A stretch of DNA of 64,000 bases from Bacteroidota bacterium (GCA_003252385.1 QKEH01000133.1:448-64447); one strand, 5' to 3'. Numbered from the stretch's first letter, positions 11,221-20,875 are shown. A program made the numbers and translations. The notes: generated from the letters alone by a model not told the origin.

Positions 11221-12807
11221 ATGAGAATTTTTTGGTTTAACCTGCTGTTTCTTTTTAGTGGATGTTGGGCTTGTTGTCCGCATACCAATGATTTAAAACC
11301 GGTGGAGCACTTCACCGAAGACTGGGCATCACTGGCCAAAGCGAACAGTACGCCGGATTGGTTTCGTGATGCAAAGTTCGGCATTTACACGCACTGGGGG
11401 CCGGTGTCGGCTGTTTTTGAAGGAGGAAAGGAAGGCCAATACTACGATGGCTGGCATGGTATGTTTATGTATTGTAACAAGGGACGTATCGACTGGCAGA
11501 CCGGAAAACCGGTCGTTCGCAATGGCGTGATGGATACTTTTCCTACTTCCAATTATCAATTGCATGTGGAAAAATATGGCGATCCGGCTCAATACGGTTA
11601 TAAATACGTCATTGAACAGTTTAACCCGAGTGGCTACGATCCGGAAGAATGGGCAGCTCTTTTTGCGGCTTCCGGGGCTAAATTTGCCGGAAATGTAGCC
11701 ATGCATCATGATAACTTTGCCATGTGGGACAGCAAGGTAACCCGATGGAATTCCGTCCATTACGGAGGCGTAGATGTAAGCAGAACCTTACGTGATGCCG
11801 TGGAAGCAAAGGGGATGCGGTATATTGCTTCGTTTCATCATGCGTTTACCTGGAAATACTATGCCCCGGCGCACCAATACACCACCATTGCACCGGAAGA
11901 TTACGACTTGTACACCGAACCGCATGCCCTGGATGATAATCATCCATCCGAACGTTTCATGAACGAATGGTGGGCAAAATTGAAAGAGTTTATAGACCAG
12001 TACCAGCCCGATATGCTGTGGTTCGATTGGTGGTTGGAGAATTTGGATGAATCGTACAGAAAAAAATTACTGGCTTACTACTACAACAAAGGGCAGGAGT
12101 GGGGAAAAGAAGTAGCCGTATGTTATAAGGAGTCGACCTTTCCGAAAGAAACCGCTATACGCGATTACGAACGTGGGCGCCCCAATCAGCCCCGCAATCC
12201 GGCCTGGTTGACCGACACCTCTCCCGGAGCCTGGTTTTACCGGCCACATACCCAATTTAAAGACGCCAACGAACTTATTGATGTTCTTGTTGATATTGTT
12301 TCCAAGAATGGGTGTATGTTGCTCAATGTACCTCCCAATCCGGATGGTACCATTCCTCAGGAAATGAAGGATCTGTTACTGGAAATAGGGCACTGGCTTC
12401 AGGTTAACGGAGAAGCTATTTACAGCACGCGACCCTGGACGGTATTTGGCGAAGGGCCTACCCGTTTGGCCGCCGGAGGTCATAAAGTTGAAGAAAAAGG
12501 CCCCCTGCGGTATACAGCAGAAGATATTCGGTTTACCAAGGGAACCAATGAAGATGAATTTTACCTGCTGATACTGGATACCCCAAAAGATGCTATTGTG
12601 GTGAAAACCCTTGCAACGGCTATCGGTGTGCTGAATAACGACATACTGGATATCGATCTGCTGGGAAGTGACGAAATGGTGGTTTGGAATCGAACACCGG
12701 AGGGCTTACGTATTCAGCCTGCCAAAAACTATCCGACCGAATACGCCCATGCGTATCGCATACGTTTGAAAACCTACGAGGAAACCAACATTGGCGGCAA
12801 ATTGTAA
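11221..12807 (+). CDS. Alpha-L-fucosidase (GH29)
   Basis: Signal/lipobox LFLFSGC. DWFRDAKFGIYTHWGP and HHDNFAMWDS motifs are characteristic of GH29 fucosidases. About 500 aa with a C-terminal beta-sandwich-sized tail. Confidence 0.85.
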   Translation: MRIFWFNLLFLFSGCWACCPHTNDLKPVEHFTEDWASLAKANSTPDWFRDAKFGIYTHWGPVSAVFEGGKEGQYYDGWHGMFMYCNKGRIDWQTGKPVVRNGVMDTFPTSNYQLHVEKYGDPAQYGYKYVIEQFNPSGYDPEEWAALFAASGAKFAGNVAMHHDNFAMWDSKVTRWNSVHYGGVDVSRTLRDAVEAKGMRYIASFHHAFTWKYYAPAHQYTTIAPEDYDLYTEPHALDDNHPSERFMNEWWAKLKEFIDQYQPDMLWFDWWLENLDESYRKKLLAYYYNKGQEWGKEVAVCYKESTFPKETAIRDYERGRPNQPRNPAWLTDTSPGAWFYRPHTQFKDANELIDVLVDIVSKNGCMLLNVPPNPDGTIPQEMKDLLLEIGHWLQVNGEAIYSTRPWTVFGEGPTRLAAGGHKVEEKGPLRYTAEDIRFTKGTNEDEFYLLILDTPKDAIVVKTLATAIGVLNNDILDIDLLGSDEMVVWNRTPEGLRIQPAKNYPTEYAHAYRIRLKTYEETNIGGKL

Positions 12808-12966
12808 AAAACTGGCCTGCTGATTGGCATTTGCACAAAAAGCTTCTAGCTTTGTGAATAGGCTAATACGGGATAGAAAACCGGGCATGGACAAATGCAG
12901 GTGCGCAATACAAACAGGGCTTAGGCAGAGCATCTGTGTTGTATCTAACCCATTAAAAAATAATCG

Positions 12967-14487
12967 ATGAAGAAAATTGGTATAAAGAATTGGATGTGGC
13001 TTTTAGTAACCGGAGTGGTCTTGAGTTCCTGTGCCGGGGAACCAACCCGGGAAAATACGCATCCGAACATTGTAATTATTTATGTTGATGATTTGGGATA
13101 CGGCGATGTGGGCTGTTATGGGGCAAAGGGTGTTGAAACTCCCCATATTGATGCCATGGCCGAAAAAGGAATGCGATTTACCGATGCACATTGCCCGGCC
13201 TCTACCTGTACACCTTCGCGGTATTCCTTATTGGCCGGAGAGTTCGCTTTCAGAGCCAACGCGGCTATTTTACCGGGCGATGCACCCCTGCTCTTTCGCG
13301 ACGATCAATCCACTCTTCCCCGAATGCTCCAACAGGCCGGTTATACCACAGGTGTGGTCGGAAAGTGGCATCTGGGTTTAGGCCGGGGGCATTTAAACTG
13401 GAACGATTCTATTAAACCGGGCCCGCTGGAAATAGGCTTCGACTACAGTTTTCTGATTCCCGCCACTGGCGATCGGGTTCCATCGGTATTCCTGGAAAAT
13501 CATTTGGTGGTAGGGCTGGATACAGCCGACCCTATTACGGTAAGTTTTGCCGAAAAAGTGGGCGAAGAACCCACCGGAACCGAAAATCCCGAGTTGCTTA
13601 AAGTTCAGGCCGATCCCCAACATAGCAATACCATCGTCAACGGAATCAGCCGTATTGGTTTTATGGACGGAGGACACAAGGCGCAGTGGGTCGACGAAGA
13701 ATTTCCCTACGTGCTGACTCAAAAAGCCAAAGACTTTATTTCCCACAATACCCAGAACCCGTTTTTCCTCTACTTTGCATTTCATGATATTCATGTTCCC
13801 CGTGTGCCCAACAAACGCTTTGTTGGAAGCAGTACCATGGGGGCTCGGGGCGATGCAATTGCCCAGATGGACTGGTGTACCGGCGAAATTGTTCGGCATT
13901 TGGATTCTTTAGGTCTTGCTGAAAATACCCTCATTATCTTTTCGAGCGATAATGGACCGGTGTTAACCGATGGGTATCACGATCAGGCCATGGAGCTGGT
14001 GGGCGATCATAAGCCTGCCGGGCCATACCGTGGAGGTAAATACAGTGCTTTCGAAGCAGGAACCAGGGTTCCGAACATAGTGTATTGGCCGGGAACCGTA
14101 CAGCCCGGAGTGAGCGATGCCCTGCTTACCCATACCGATCTGTATGCCTCGCTGGCAGCATTGGTGGGGCAGGAGCTTAAGTCCGGCGAGGCTTCTGACA
14201 GCAAAAACACCCTGGATGCCTGGCTGGGAAAAACAACCGAAGGTCGTTCCGAAATTCTGGAGGAGAGTTTTACCCTGTCGATTCGGAACCAGGAATGGAA
14301 ATACATTCAGCCCAGCAACAACAGCGCATCATGGATTCAGGTGGAAAAGAATATTGAAGGAGGATTGTCTCCTGAGGAGCAACTGTACAATCTGGGAGCC
14401 GATACCAGCGAAGCCAAAAACCTGGCTGCAGAACAACCGGATCAGGTAGCCAGAATGAAAGCGCTCCTGCAGGAAATGGTTAAATAG
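12967..14487 (+). CDS. Arylsulfatase-family sulfatase (formylglycine-dependent)
   Basis: Signal/lipobox VVLSSC. NIVIIYVDDLGYGDVGCYG and the sulfatase C-x-P-x-R motif (STCTPSRYSLLAG). GKWHLG motif. Confidence 0.9.
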   Translation: MKKIGIKNWMWLLVTGVVLSSCAGEPTRENTHPNIVIIYVDDLGYGDVGCYGAKGVETPHIDAMAEKGMRFTDAHCPASTCTPSRYSLLAGEFAFRANAAILPGDAPLLFRDDQSTLPRMLQQAGYTTGVVGKWHLGLGRGHLNWNDSIKPGPLEIGFDYSFLIPATGDRVPSVFLENHLVVGLDTADPITVSFAEKVGEEPTGTENPELLKVQADPQHSNTIVNGISRIGFMDGGHKAQWVDEEFPYVLTQKAKDFISHNTQNPFFLYFAFHDIHVPRVPNKRFVGSSTMGARGDAIAQMDWCTGEIVRHLDSLGLAENTLIIFSSDNGPVLTDGYHDQAMELVGDHKPAGPYRGGKYSAFEAGTRVPNIVYWPGTVQPGVSDALLTHTDLYASLAALVGQELKSGEASDSKNTLDAWLGKTTEGRSEILEESFTLSIRNQEWKYIQPSNNSASWIQVEKNIEGGLSPEEQLYNLGADTSEAKNLAAEQPDQVARMKALLQEMVK

Positions 14488-14591
14488 GAGGTGGCCGGAA
14501 ACACCTGTATTGAGAAATACCCATGGGTTAGTCCGGGACAACCACTTTTTCTGGTGGCAGCAAAATGGAACTTCCAAACAACATAGTTTCG

Positions 14592-14625
14592 CAGCGAGCT
14601 TGCAAAAAACGGGCTCGCTGTTTTT
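14592..14625 (+). terminator. Rho-independent terminator after the sulfatase; overlaps the uvrB stop codon
   Basis: CAGCGAGC-N13-GCTCGCTG stem followed by TTTTT. Confidence 0.6.
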
Positions 14626-16645
14626 AGTCAGAATCCTTCGTGTTCAGCAATTCCTGATAGGCCTGCATTTCGTCGCGGTATCTCGCGGCCTGAATAAAAT
14701 CCAGTTCGGCGGCAGCTTTCTCCATTTTTGTTTTGGTGTGGTTAATCGCTTTCAATATGGCTTCACGGTTCATGTAGTGCACCACCGGATCGGCTGCAAC
14801 ATTGGGCTTTTCAGGTTCCAGGTAGGCATGGGACTGGCCGGTTACCTTACGTACCTCGCTCAGAATATTAGTGGAGGCTTTGACAATTTGTTGGGGGGTG
14901 ATATGGTGCAGTTCGTTGTACTTGAGTTGTACTTCGCGACGCCGGTTGGTTTCGTCGATAGTTCGTTGCATCGAGTCGGTCATCTTGTCGGCATACATTA
15001 TTACTTTGCCGTTCAAGTTCCGGGCGGCACGGCCTGCCGTTTGGGTGAGTGAGCGCTCCGACCGCAGGAAACCTTCCTTGTCGGCATCCAGAATGGCAAC
15101 CAGCGATACCTCCGGAAGATCCAATCCTTCCCGAAGGAGGTTTACCCCGACAAGCACGTCGAAAGTACCCCTGCGAAGTCCCTCCATAATTTCAATACGC
15201 TCTAAAGTATCCACATCGGAGTGGATGTAGCGGCATTTGATATCAAAGCGCAACAGGTAATTGGTGAGCTCTTCTGCCATTCGTTTCGTCAGGGTGGTTA
15301 CCAAGATACGCTCTTTTACGCTGGTCCGCAATTGAATTTCATGCAGTAAATCATCAATCTGGTTCAGGCTGGGCTTAACTTCTATAATAGGGTCGAGCAG
15401 TCCGGTGGGGCGAATCAGTTGTTCCACCACCACCCCTTCCGATTTTTCCAGTTCGTAATCTGCCGGAGTCGCACTCACGTAGATGGTGGTTCCAACCAGA
15501 TTTTCGAATTCTTCAAATTTAAGAGGTCGGTTATCAATGGCTGCCGGTAAGCGGAAACCGTGCTCCACCAGGGTTTGCTTCCGGCTGTGGTCGCCACCGT
15601 GCATGGCTCGTATTTGGGGAAGGGTTACATGGCTCTCGTCGATAACCAGTAAAAAGTCTTTCGGAAAATAATCCAGCAGACAGAACGGACGGGTACCGGC
15701 TTCACGCCCGTCAAAATAGCGCGAATAGTTCTCAATACCCGGACAGTGCCCCAGCTCCCGGATCATCTCCAGGTCGTAATTCACCCTTTCGTCAATGCGT
15801 TTGGCTTCCAAATGTTTCCCTGTTTTGTTGAGGAATTCAATGTGTTTCACCAGGTCGTCCTGAATGTGCTTTATGGCCTCCTGCATACGATGCTTAGTGG
15901 TAACAAAAATGTTAGCCGGAAAAATAACGGCTTCCTGGAGGTTTTCCAGGGTGGTTCCGGTCAGGGGGTCGTATGACTCGATTTCTTCAATTTCATCGCC
16001 CCAGAAGGTTACCCGGTAGGCATGGTCGCCGTAAGCCAGGAAAATAGCTACCGTATCCCCATTCACTTTAAACTTGCCCCGGTCAAAGTTCACTTCATTT
16101 CGGGAGTAAAGACTGTCCACCAATTTTCGAAGAAAAACGTTCCGGCTGATTTGCTGGCCGATTTTGATATAAATGGTATTGCTGTAAAAATCATCGGGAT
16201 TGCCAATACCGTACAGGCACGAAACCGAGGAGACCACAATTACATCGCGTCGCCCCGACAGAAGGGATGAGGTGGTGCTGAGCCGCAGCTTTTCAATTTC
16301 ATCGTTAATGGAAAGATCCTTTTCAATGTAGGTGTCGGTAACGGGAATGTATGCTTCGGGCTGATAGTAATCGTAGTACGATACAAAATACTCCACCGCA
16401 TTTTCGGGAAAGAATTGTTTAAACTCACCATAGAGTTGTGCGGCCAGCGTTTTATTGTGACTCAGTACCAGGGTAGGGCGATTCAGTTGGGCAATAACGT
16501 TGGCAATACTAAAGGTTTTGCCCGACCCGGTAACCCCCAGCAGGGTTTGATAGGGCATTTCGGAACGGATACCCTCTGTCAGCTGCCGGATGGCTTCCGG
16601 CTGATCGCCCGTGGGTTGGTATTCGGAGGTGAGTTTAAAATCCAT
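14624..16645 (-). CDS. uvrB: Excinuclease ABC subunit B
   Basis: MDFKLTSEYQPTGDQPEAI, Walker A GVTGSGKTF, YYDYYQPEAY, helicase motifs and a C-terminal UVR motif (ELDFIQAARYRDEM). I prefer the Met at 16645 over the tracked 16663. Confidence 0.95.
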   Translation of the reverse strand: MDFKLTSEYQPTGDQPEAIRQLTEGIRSEMPYQTLLGVTGSGKTFSIANVIAQLNRPTLVLSHNKTLAAQLYGEFKQFFPENAVEYFVSYYDYYQPEAYIPVTDTYIEKDLSINDEIEKLRLSTTSSLLSGRRDVIVVSSVSCLYGIGNPDDFYSNTIYIKIGQQISRNVFLRKLVDSLYSRNEVNFDRGKFKVNGDTVAIFLAYGDHAYRVTFWGDEIEEIESYDPLTGTTLENLQEAVIFPANIFVTTKHRMQEAIKHIQDDLVKHIEFLNKTGKHLEAKRIDERVNYDLEMIRELGHCPGIENYSRYFDGREAGTRPFCLLDYFPKDFLLVIDESHVTLPQIRAMHGGDHSRKQTLVEHGFRLPAAIDNRPLKFEEFENLVGTTIYVSATPADYELEKSEGVVVEQLIRPTGLLDPIIEVKPSLNQIDDLLHEIQLRTSVKERILVTTLTKRMAEELTNYLLRFDIKCRYIHSDVDTLERIEIMEGLRRGTFDVLVGVNLLREGLDLPEVSLVAILDADKEGFLRSERSLTQTAGRAARNLNGKVIMYADKMTDSMQRTIDETNRRREVQLKYNELHHITPQQIVKASTNILSEVRKVTGQSHAYLEPEKPNVAADPVVHYMNREAILKAINHTKTKMEKAAAELDFIQAARYRDEMQAYQELLNTKDSD

Positions 16646-16789
16646 TGAATAAAAAAGCAACAAATGATTTTGAATGTTTGGCAGAAATGGGTTATTTTAA
16701 TCTGGCCATCCTACATTACAAAAATAGTAAACAATAGCCTTCCTTGCGGAAGGCAATTGTACTAAAATGAGACCAGGTAGTACCAGCAA

Positions 16790-18196
16790 ATGAAAGACCA
16801 GCATAAAAATACATTACGTCATCTTTCCGAATTAATTTCGCATAACAAGCATTTGGAAGAGGAAAATGTTCAGCTTCAGCAGCAGTTGGAGGTGGTTTTG
16901 CGCGAGCGTGATAAGTACCGGGCGCTGGTCATGCGAAATAAGCTGGAAGAAAAAGAACATGCAGTTCCTGCGCACGAGCCGGATGTGCTGAAATTTAAAA
17001 CAGCTACCGTACTTTTTGCCGACGCCGAAGGATTTGCAAATATTTCTGAGGAAATGGACTCCGGTCAGTTGGTCGATAATCTGGATGCTATTTTCCTGGA
17101 ACTGCATCGGATTATTGATAAATATGAATTAAAGAACCTGAAAAGCATTGGTGATACCGTGCTGAGTGTGGGCGGGATTCCGCATAAAAATATTACCAAC
17201 CCCATACAGGTGGTTTTGGCTGCCGTTGAAATACAGTACTATCTAAATATCATTAACCAGTCGAAACAGAACCATAATGTTTGGAAGTTGCGAATTGGGG
17301 TGCACACCGGACCGTTAACAGCAACCATTTCGGGCAGGAAGAAGATCAATTACGATGTGAAAGGTGAATCGGTGAACATGGCTACCCGCATTCGTTCCTA
17401 TTGTGAACAGGGACAAATACTGATTTCCGAATCGACCTACGAGCTGGTAAAAGATTTGTTCCAGTGCGAATACCATACCCGCATGCCGGTAAAATACAAG
17501 GGCGATATTCTGTTGTATTATGTAAAAGGTATTCGGCCGGAGTATTCCCTGCAACACAAAGCAATTATCCCCAACCGGGCATTTAGCATTCGTTTTGGAC
17601 TCATTCAGTTTACCGATTTGCAGGAGATGGTACTCAATAAGTTGGAGAGGGAGCTGCCGGAACACCTGTATTACCACAATATAAAGCATACTATTGATGT
17701 GGTAACCCAGGCCGAATTGATTGGACTCGGCGAAGGCGTTGCCGATGATGAACTCCTTTTGTTGAAAACGGCTGCTCTTTTTCACGACACCGGACACATT
17801 CTGGGGTACGACGATCATGAGCGCTTTAGCACCCTGATTGCCCGCGAGATTCTTCCCGATTATTACTATACCCAAACTCAGATTGAACGGGTATGCGATC
17901 TGATCATGTCCACCCAAATGCCGCCTACCCCCCGCAATACCCTGGAGGAAATAATGTGCGATGCTGATTTGGACTACCTGGGGCGCAGCGACATGGTTCC
18001 CGTTTCGTCCCTGCTCTACAGGGAGCTTAAAGAACATAAAAAAATTAAGTCGTGGAACGAGTGGAACCGGCTTCAGATCAGTTTTATTACCAAACATCAG
18101 TATTACACCAAAACGGCCTTGTCCTTACGCGAGGTAAATAAGCAAAAACAGATTGAACGTATCCGAAAACTATTGGACAGTGGCGAAGAGGAATAG
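16790..18196 (+). CDS. Class III adenylate cyclase domain fused to a C-terminal HD phosphohydrolase domain, with an N-terminal coiled coil
   Basis: Cyclase motifs: VLFADAEGF (metal Asp), LKSIGDTVL (specificity Lys plus second metal Asp), RIGVHTGP, YDVKGESVNMATR (adenine-specifying Asp, catalytic Asn/Arg). HD motifs: HNIKHTIDV ... ALFHDTGH. Confidence 0.8.
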   Translation: MKDQHKNTLRHLSELISHNKHLEEENVQLQQQLEVVLRERDKYRALVMRNKLEEKEHAVPAHEPDVLKFKTATVLFADAEGFANISEEMDSGQLVDNLDAIFLELHRIIDKYELKNLKSIGDTVLSVGGIPHKNITNPIQVVLAAVEIQYYLNIINQSKQNHNVWKLRIGVHTGPLTATISGRKKINYDVKGESVNMATRIRSYCEQGQILISESTYELVKDLFQCEYHTRMPVKYKGDILLYYVKGIRPEYSLQHKAIIPNRAFSIRFGLIQFTDLQEMVLNKLERELPEHLYYHNIKHTIDVVTQAELIGLGEGVADDELLLLKTAALFHDTGHILGYDDHERFSTLIAREILPDYYYTQTQIERVCDLIMSTQMPPTPRNTLEEIMCDADLDYLGRSDMVPVSSLLYRELKEHKKIKSWNEWNRLQISFITKHQYYTKTALSLREVNKQKQIERIRKLLDSGEEE

Positions 18197-18215
18197 GCCT
18201 TATCACAACTGTACC

Positions 18216-18614
18216 CTACTTCCAGAGTACAAGAAGTTTCGGCACAAAAAGCAATAGCCCGCCCAGAAATGCAGTTGTGGCAGCAATCAGCACTGCTCCT
18301 GCCGAAAGATCCTTGATAAGGCCAACTTCCCGATCGTGGGTTTTGTCCGTGCAATCACCTATTTTCTCGATGGCTGTGTTGATGATTTCTGTGAGCAGTA
18401 CTATCGCCACAAGTATCAGTAAAACTAACCACTCCAGTGCAGACAAGTTAAGGATAATGGCCAGGATGAATGCACACAATCCACAGGCAGTATGAATCCG
18501 AGCTTTAATTCCAGTGATGAAGAAGAAGCGTATTCCGGCACCGGCATAGCGAAACGAGGCCAATTGATAGCGCAGGGAAGCTTTGCTTTTTAATGGTTCT
18601 TTCACAATAGACAA
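18216..18614 (-). CDS. dgkA: Diacylglycerol kinase / undecaprenol kinase family protein
   Basis: 132-aa, 3-TM protein with ASFRYAGAGI, TEIINTAIE and DLSAGAVL motifs typical of DgkA. Confidence 0.8.
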   Translation of the reverse strand: MSIVKEPLKSKASLRYQLASFRYAGAGIRFFFITGIKARIHTACGLCAFILAIILNLSALEWLVLLILVAIVLLTEIINTAIEKIGDCTDKTHDREVGLIKDLSAGAVLIAATTAFLGGLLLFVPKLLVLWK

Positions 18615-18721
18615 GTGTTAAATGGAGCAGCAAGGTAGGGCATACTAAAAACTTTTTCAGCATAAGGAATAAAAATTGTCTATTTTCATGGGTGCGTTGT
18701 ACTGGAAACATAAGGAAAGTC

Positions 18722-20017
18722 ATGAAAAGATTCCGCCAAGTGTATCTGCCTCTAATGATGGCAATATTGGTTTTCCCAATTGATTTTAATCGGGCTCAAG
18801 AGCCCGGAAGTTCTTCACCTTATGTGTACCGGCCCTCCGGTATTCGCCTGGCAGTGAAGGATAGTAGCCAAAACCGTTGGATCGATTCTGCTGAGAAAAG
18901 TGCCAGGGATGAGTATTCTGAAGCATTGCCGGCGGGTTTCAGGACCGATTCGATTCAAACGTATGGGCCTAGTACCGATTCCTTGTTGGCTCGCGAAGCT
19001 TTTGTTCGCGACTCTCTGATACAACACCAGCATGTGTTAGACTCGTTGCGGCATTTGCAATCGCTTTTGCCCGTTTTGCTTGATGCCTCCCTGAAAACCT
19101 GGTCTGATGAGATCATTTTCAGGACATCGGGAGTGCAAATTATTGGGGACACCATACTTAGTCCCTTTGAGGCCGATAAAATCACATTCGATTTTACGGC
19201 ACCCTATATGCCCTGGAAGACTCGCATTAACATGCCACCCAAACTTACCTTTGATTCCGAAGGGATACGTATAGTAGCTATGGAGACCCCTCAGTTCAGC
19301 TACCGCTACAGCTATTCCGGTGCAGGGGATATTGTTCTATTGCATTCCAAGAGTGCTGTACTAAACCGCTCCTCGGGATCGGTATACAAAACTCCGGTCG
19401 ATTCCGTGTATCTGGATCATCAACATCGGGTGGTGAAGATTAAGCACTACGTGCAGTACCATAGTGTTGTCAATACGTATCAAAAGGGAGCGGCGCTATT
19501 TACGTCACTGGAATGGGTGAAACAGCTTCGTTACGATTCGAAGAATGCCCTGGTTGGGTATGAGCTAACCCGTTTTTGCGAACGGATGCGCAGCAGCGAC
19601 CCACAGAAGGTTTGTTCCCAGGTTGTTTACGAAATAGCTTTACAGGGTGGAGAATATCGTATAACCCGAAAAAATTCTCCGGACAATGAATTCTCCGACG
19701 GGGTGTTTACCTATACGTATCAAGGAGAGAATCTTTCGAGTGTTGCTTTTAGGAATGCGCAGGGTACCGAGAACCGTAAAACCATTGTTGAATTGAACGA
19801 AGCCGGAAATGTGAGCCGCTACCTCTATGAGAAAGACGGAAAGATCAATCAGACTTTGTTGGTGAATTACCAGGAAATTTCCGGTGGTAAACTAAAAGTG
19901 GAAACCATCAGCTGTATGTTCGAAGATGATGGTATCAGTTATTATCAAAAAAACAACAGTACGGGTAAAAGCAGACAACGCGATAAGATGACTCTGGAAT
20001 GGAGTGACTGGCGTTGA
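18722..20017 (+). CDS. Secreted hypothetical protein
   Basis: The Met at 18722 gives the signal peptide MKRFRQVYLPLMMAILVFP. I recognised no family. The C-terminal part has weak YxYxxxG (YD-like) repeats (YTYQGENL, YLYEKDGKI). Confidence 0.6.
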   Translation: MKRFRQVYLPLMMAILVFPIDFNRAQEPGSSSPYVYRPSGIRLAVKDSSQNRWIDSAEKSARDEYSEALPAGFRTDSIQTYGPSTDSLLAREAFVRDSLIQHQHVLDSLRHLQSLLPVLLDASLKTWSDEIIFRTSGVQIIGDTILSPFEADKITFDFTAPYMPWKTRINMPPKLTFDSEGIRIVAMETPQFSYRYSYSGAGDIVLLHSKSAVLNRSSGSVYKTPVDSVYLDHQHRVVKIKHYVQYHSVVNTYQKGAALFTSLEWVKQLRYDSKNALVGYELTRFCERMRSSDPQKVCSQVVYEIALQGGEYRITRKNSPDNEFSDGVFTYTYQGENLSSVAFRNAQGTENRKTIVELNEAGNVSRYLYEKDGKINQTLLVNYQEISGGKLKVETISCMFEDDGISYYQKNNSTGKSRQRDKMTLEWSDWR

Positions 20018-20023
20018 ACAGAA

Positions 20024-20428
20024 TCAATTTACGTTGTTTTTCTTTTCGTAGGCAACAAATTTAAATTGAGCCCTTTTTAACAGATCGTTGAGAATTTGTC
20101 CGGTTTCCAAATTGTCTTCGTCCCAATCCTGATAGTACCAGTTGATGTTAATGGCGCTAACTGAGGTGTTGGCATCGAGCGTTTTTAACAACTCAAAAAG
20201 TTTTTTTGCGCAGGAGGTGTTGATGTAATCGAGAATTAAATCAAAATCCACCTTTTCGGTTTGTAATTCACCAATCCAATTAATAATAGGATTGTAAAAC
20301 TCTCGTGAATTTTCGCTGTACGAGGACCCTGCAAGCACCAGTCGTCCGTTCATGGAGAAATCAACCATGGGTGTCTTTTGGGAGGGGTCAATCTGTAAGT
20401 TTTCCATTTGAATAGTACTAATCGACAT
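20024..20428 (-). CDS. DUF1987 (SiaC-like) domain protein, copy B
   Basis: Paralog of the adjacent gene: KTPMVDF..NGRLVLAGSSYSEN..FYNPIINWI..DYINTSCAKKLFELL..NWYYQDWDEDNLETGQIL. I prefer the start MSISTIQ at 20428. Confidence 0.75.
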   Translation of the reverse strand: MSISTIQMENLQIDPSQKTPMVDFSMNGRLVLAGSSYSENSREFYNPIINWIGELQTEKVDFDLILDYINTSCAKKLFELLKTLDANTSVSAININWYYQDWDEDNLETGQILNDLLKRAQFKFVAYEKKNNVN

Positions 20429-20476
20429 GTATTTTAATTTGTTAGTAGTTTGTCTGGTGAGTGGCTGTGGGTGCAA

Positions 20477-20875
20477 TCAGGATTTTTCAGGAATGAGCTT
20501 AAAAGTTAGAGCAGACATGGAATCCTTTAGAATTTGCCCGGTTTCCAAATTGTCTTCGTCTCCTTCTTCGTAAATCCAATTAACGGTTACATTGTGCAGG
20601 TTGCTGTTGAGTTCCAGTTTTTTCAGCATCTCAAAGAGCTTTTTCGCACTGGAGGTGTTAATGTAATCCAGATACAAATCCAAAATTACGGTGTTGGAAC
20701 TAAAATTTTCTATCCATGCTATGATGGGGTCAAAGAATGCCCGGGCATTTTCGGCGTAGGCCGAACCTTTCATTACCAGTTTGCCATTGGTTTGAAATTC
20801 AACCAAGGGGGTTTTTTTTGTTCCTTCTATACGGATGTCTTCCATAGTCATTTGATCAGTTACTGTTGTCTCCAT
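20477..20875 (-). CDS. DUF1987 (SiaC-like) domain protein, copy A
   Basis: KKTPLVEF..NGKLVMKGSAYAEN..FFDPIIAWI..DYINTSSAKKLFEML..NWIYEEGDEDNLETGQIL. The size and motif order match my recollection of Pseudomonas SiaC. Confidence 0.75.
   Translation of the reverse strand: METTVTDQMTMEDIRIEGTKKTPLVEFQTNGKLVMKGSAYAENARAFFDPIIAWIENFSSNTVILDLYLDYINTSSAKKLFEMLKKLELNSNLHNVTVNWIYEEGDEDNLETGQILKDSMSALTFKLIPEKS

Noticed and set aside
16737-16754. GCCTTCC-ttgc-GGAAGGC hairpin between uvrB and the cyclase-HD gene.
   Set aside because: It has no T-run and lies in a divergent promoter region. A 7-bp stem alone is not enough to call a terminator or riboswitch.
17315-18097. Long antisense ORFs inside well-supported genes: 17315-18097, 28247-29176, 33067-33747, 42908-43693, 54767-55393, 56929-57579, 57843-58721 and 62040-62705.
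   Set aside because: Each lies opposite a gene with strong family motifs (cyclase-HD, LRR protein, CBM/Big_2 protein, GT2, ntpA, ntpB/D, ntpI, LysM protein). Their translations are low-complexity or Arg/Gly/His-rich with no recognisable motifs. This is typical of shadow ORFs created by codon bias.
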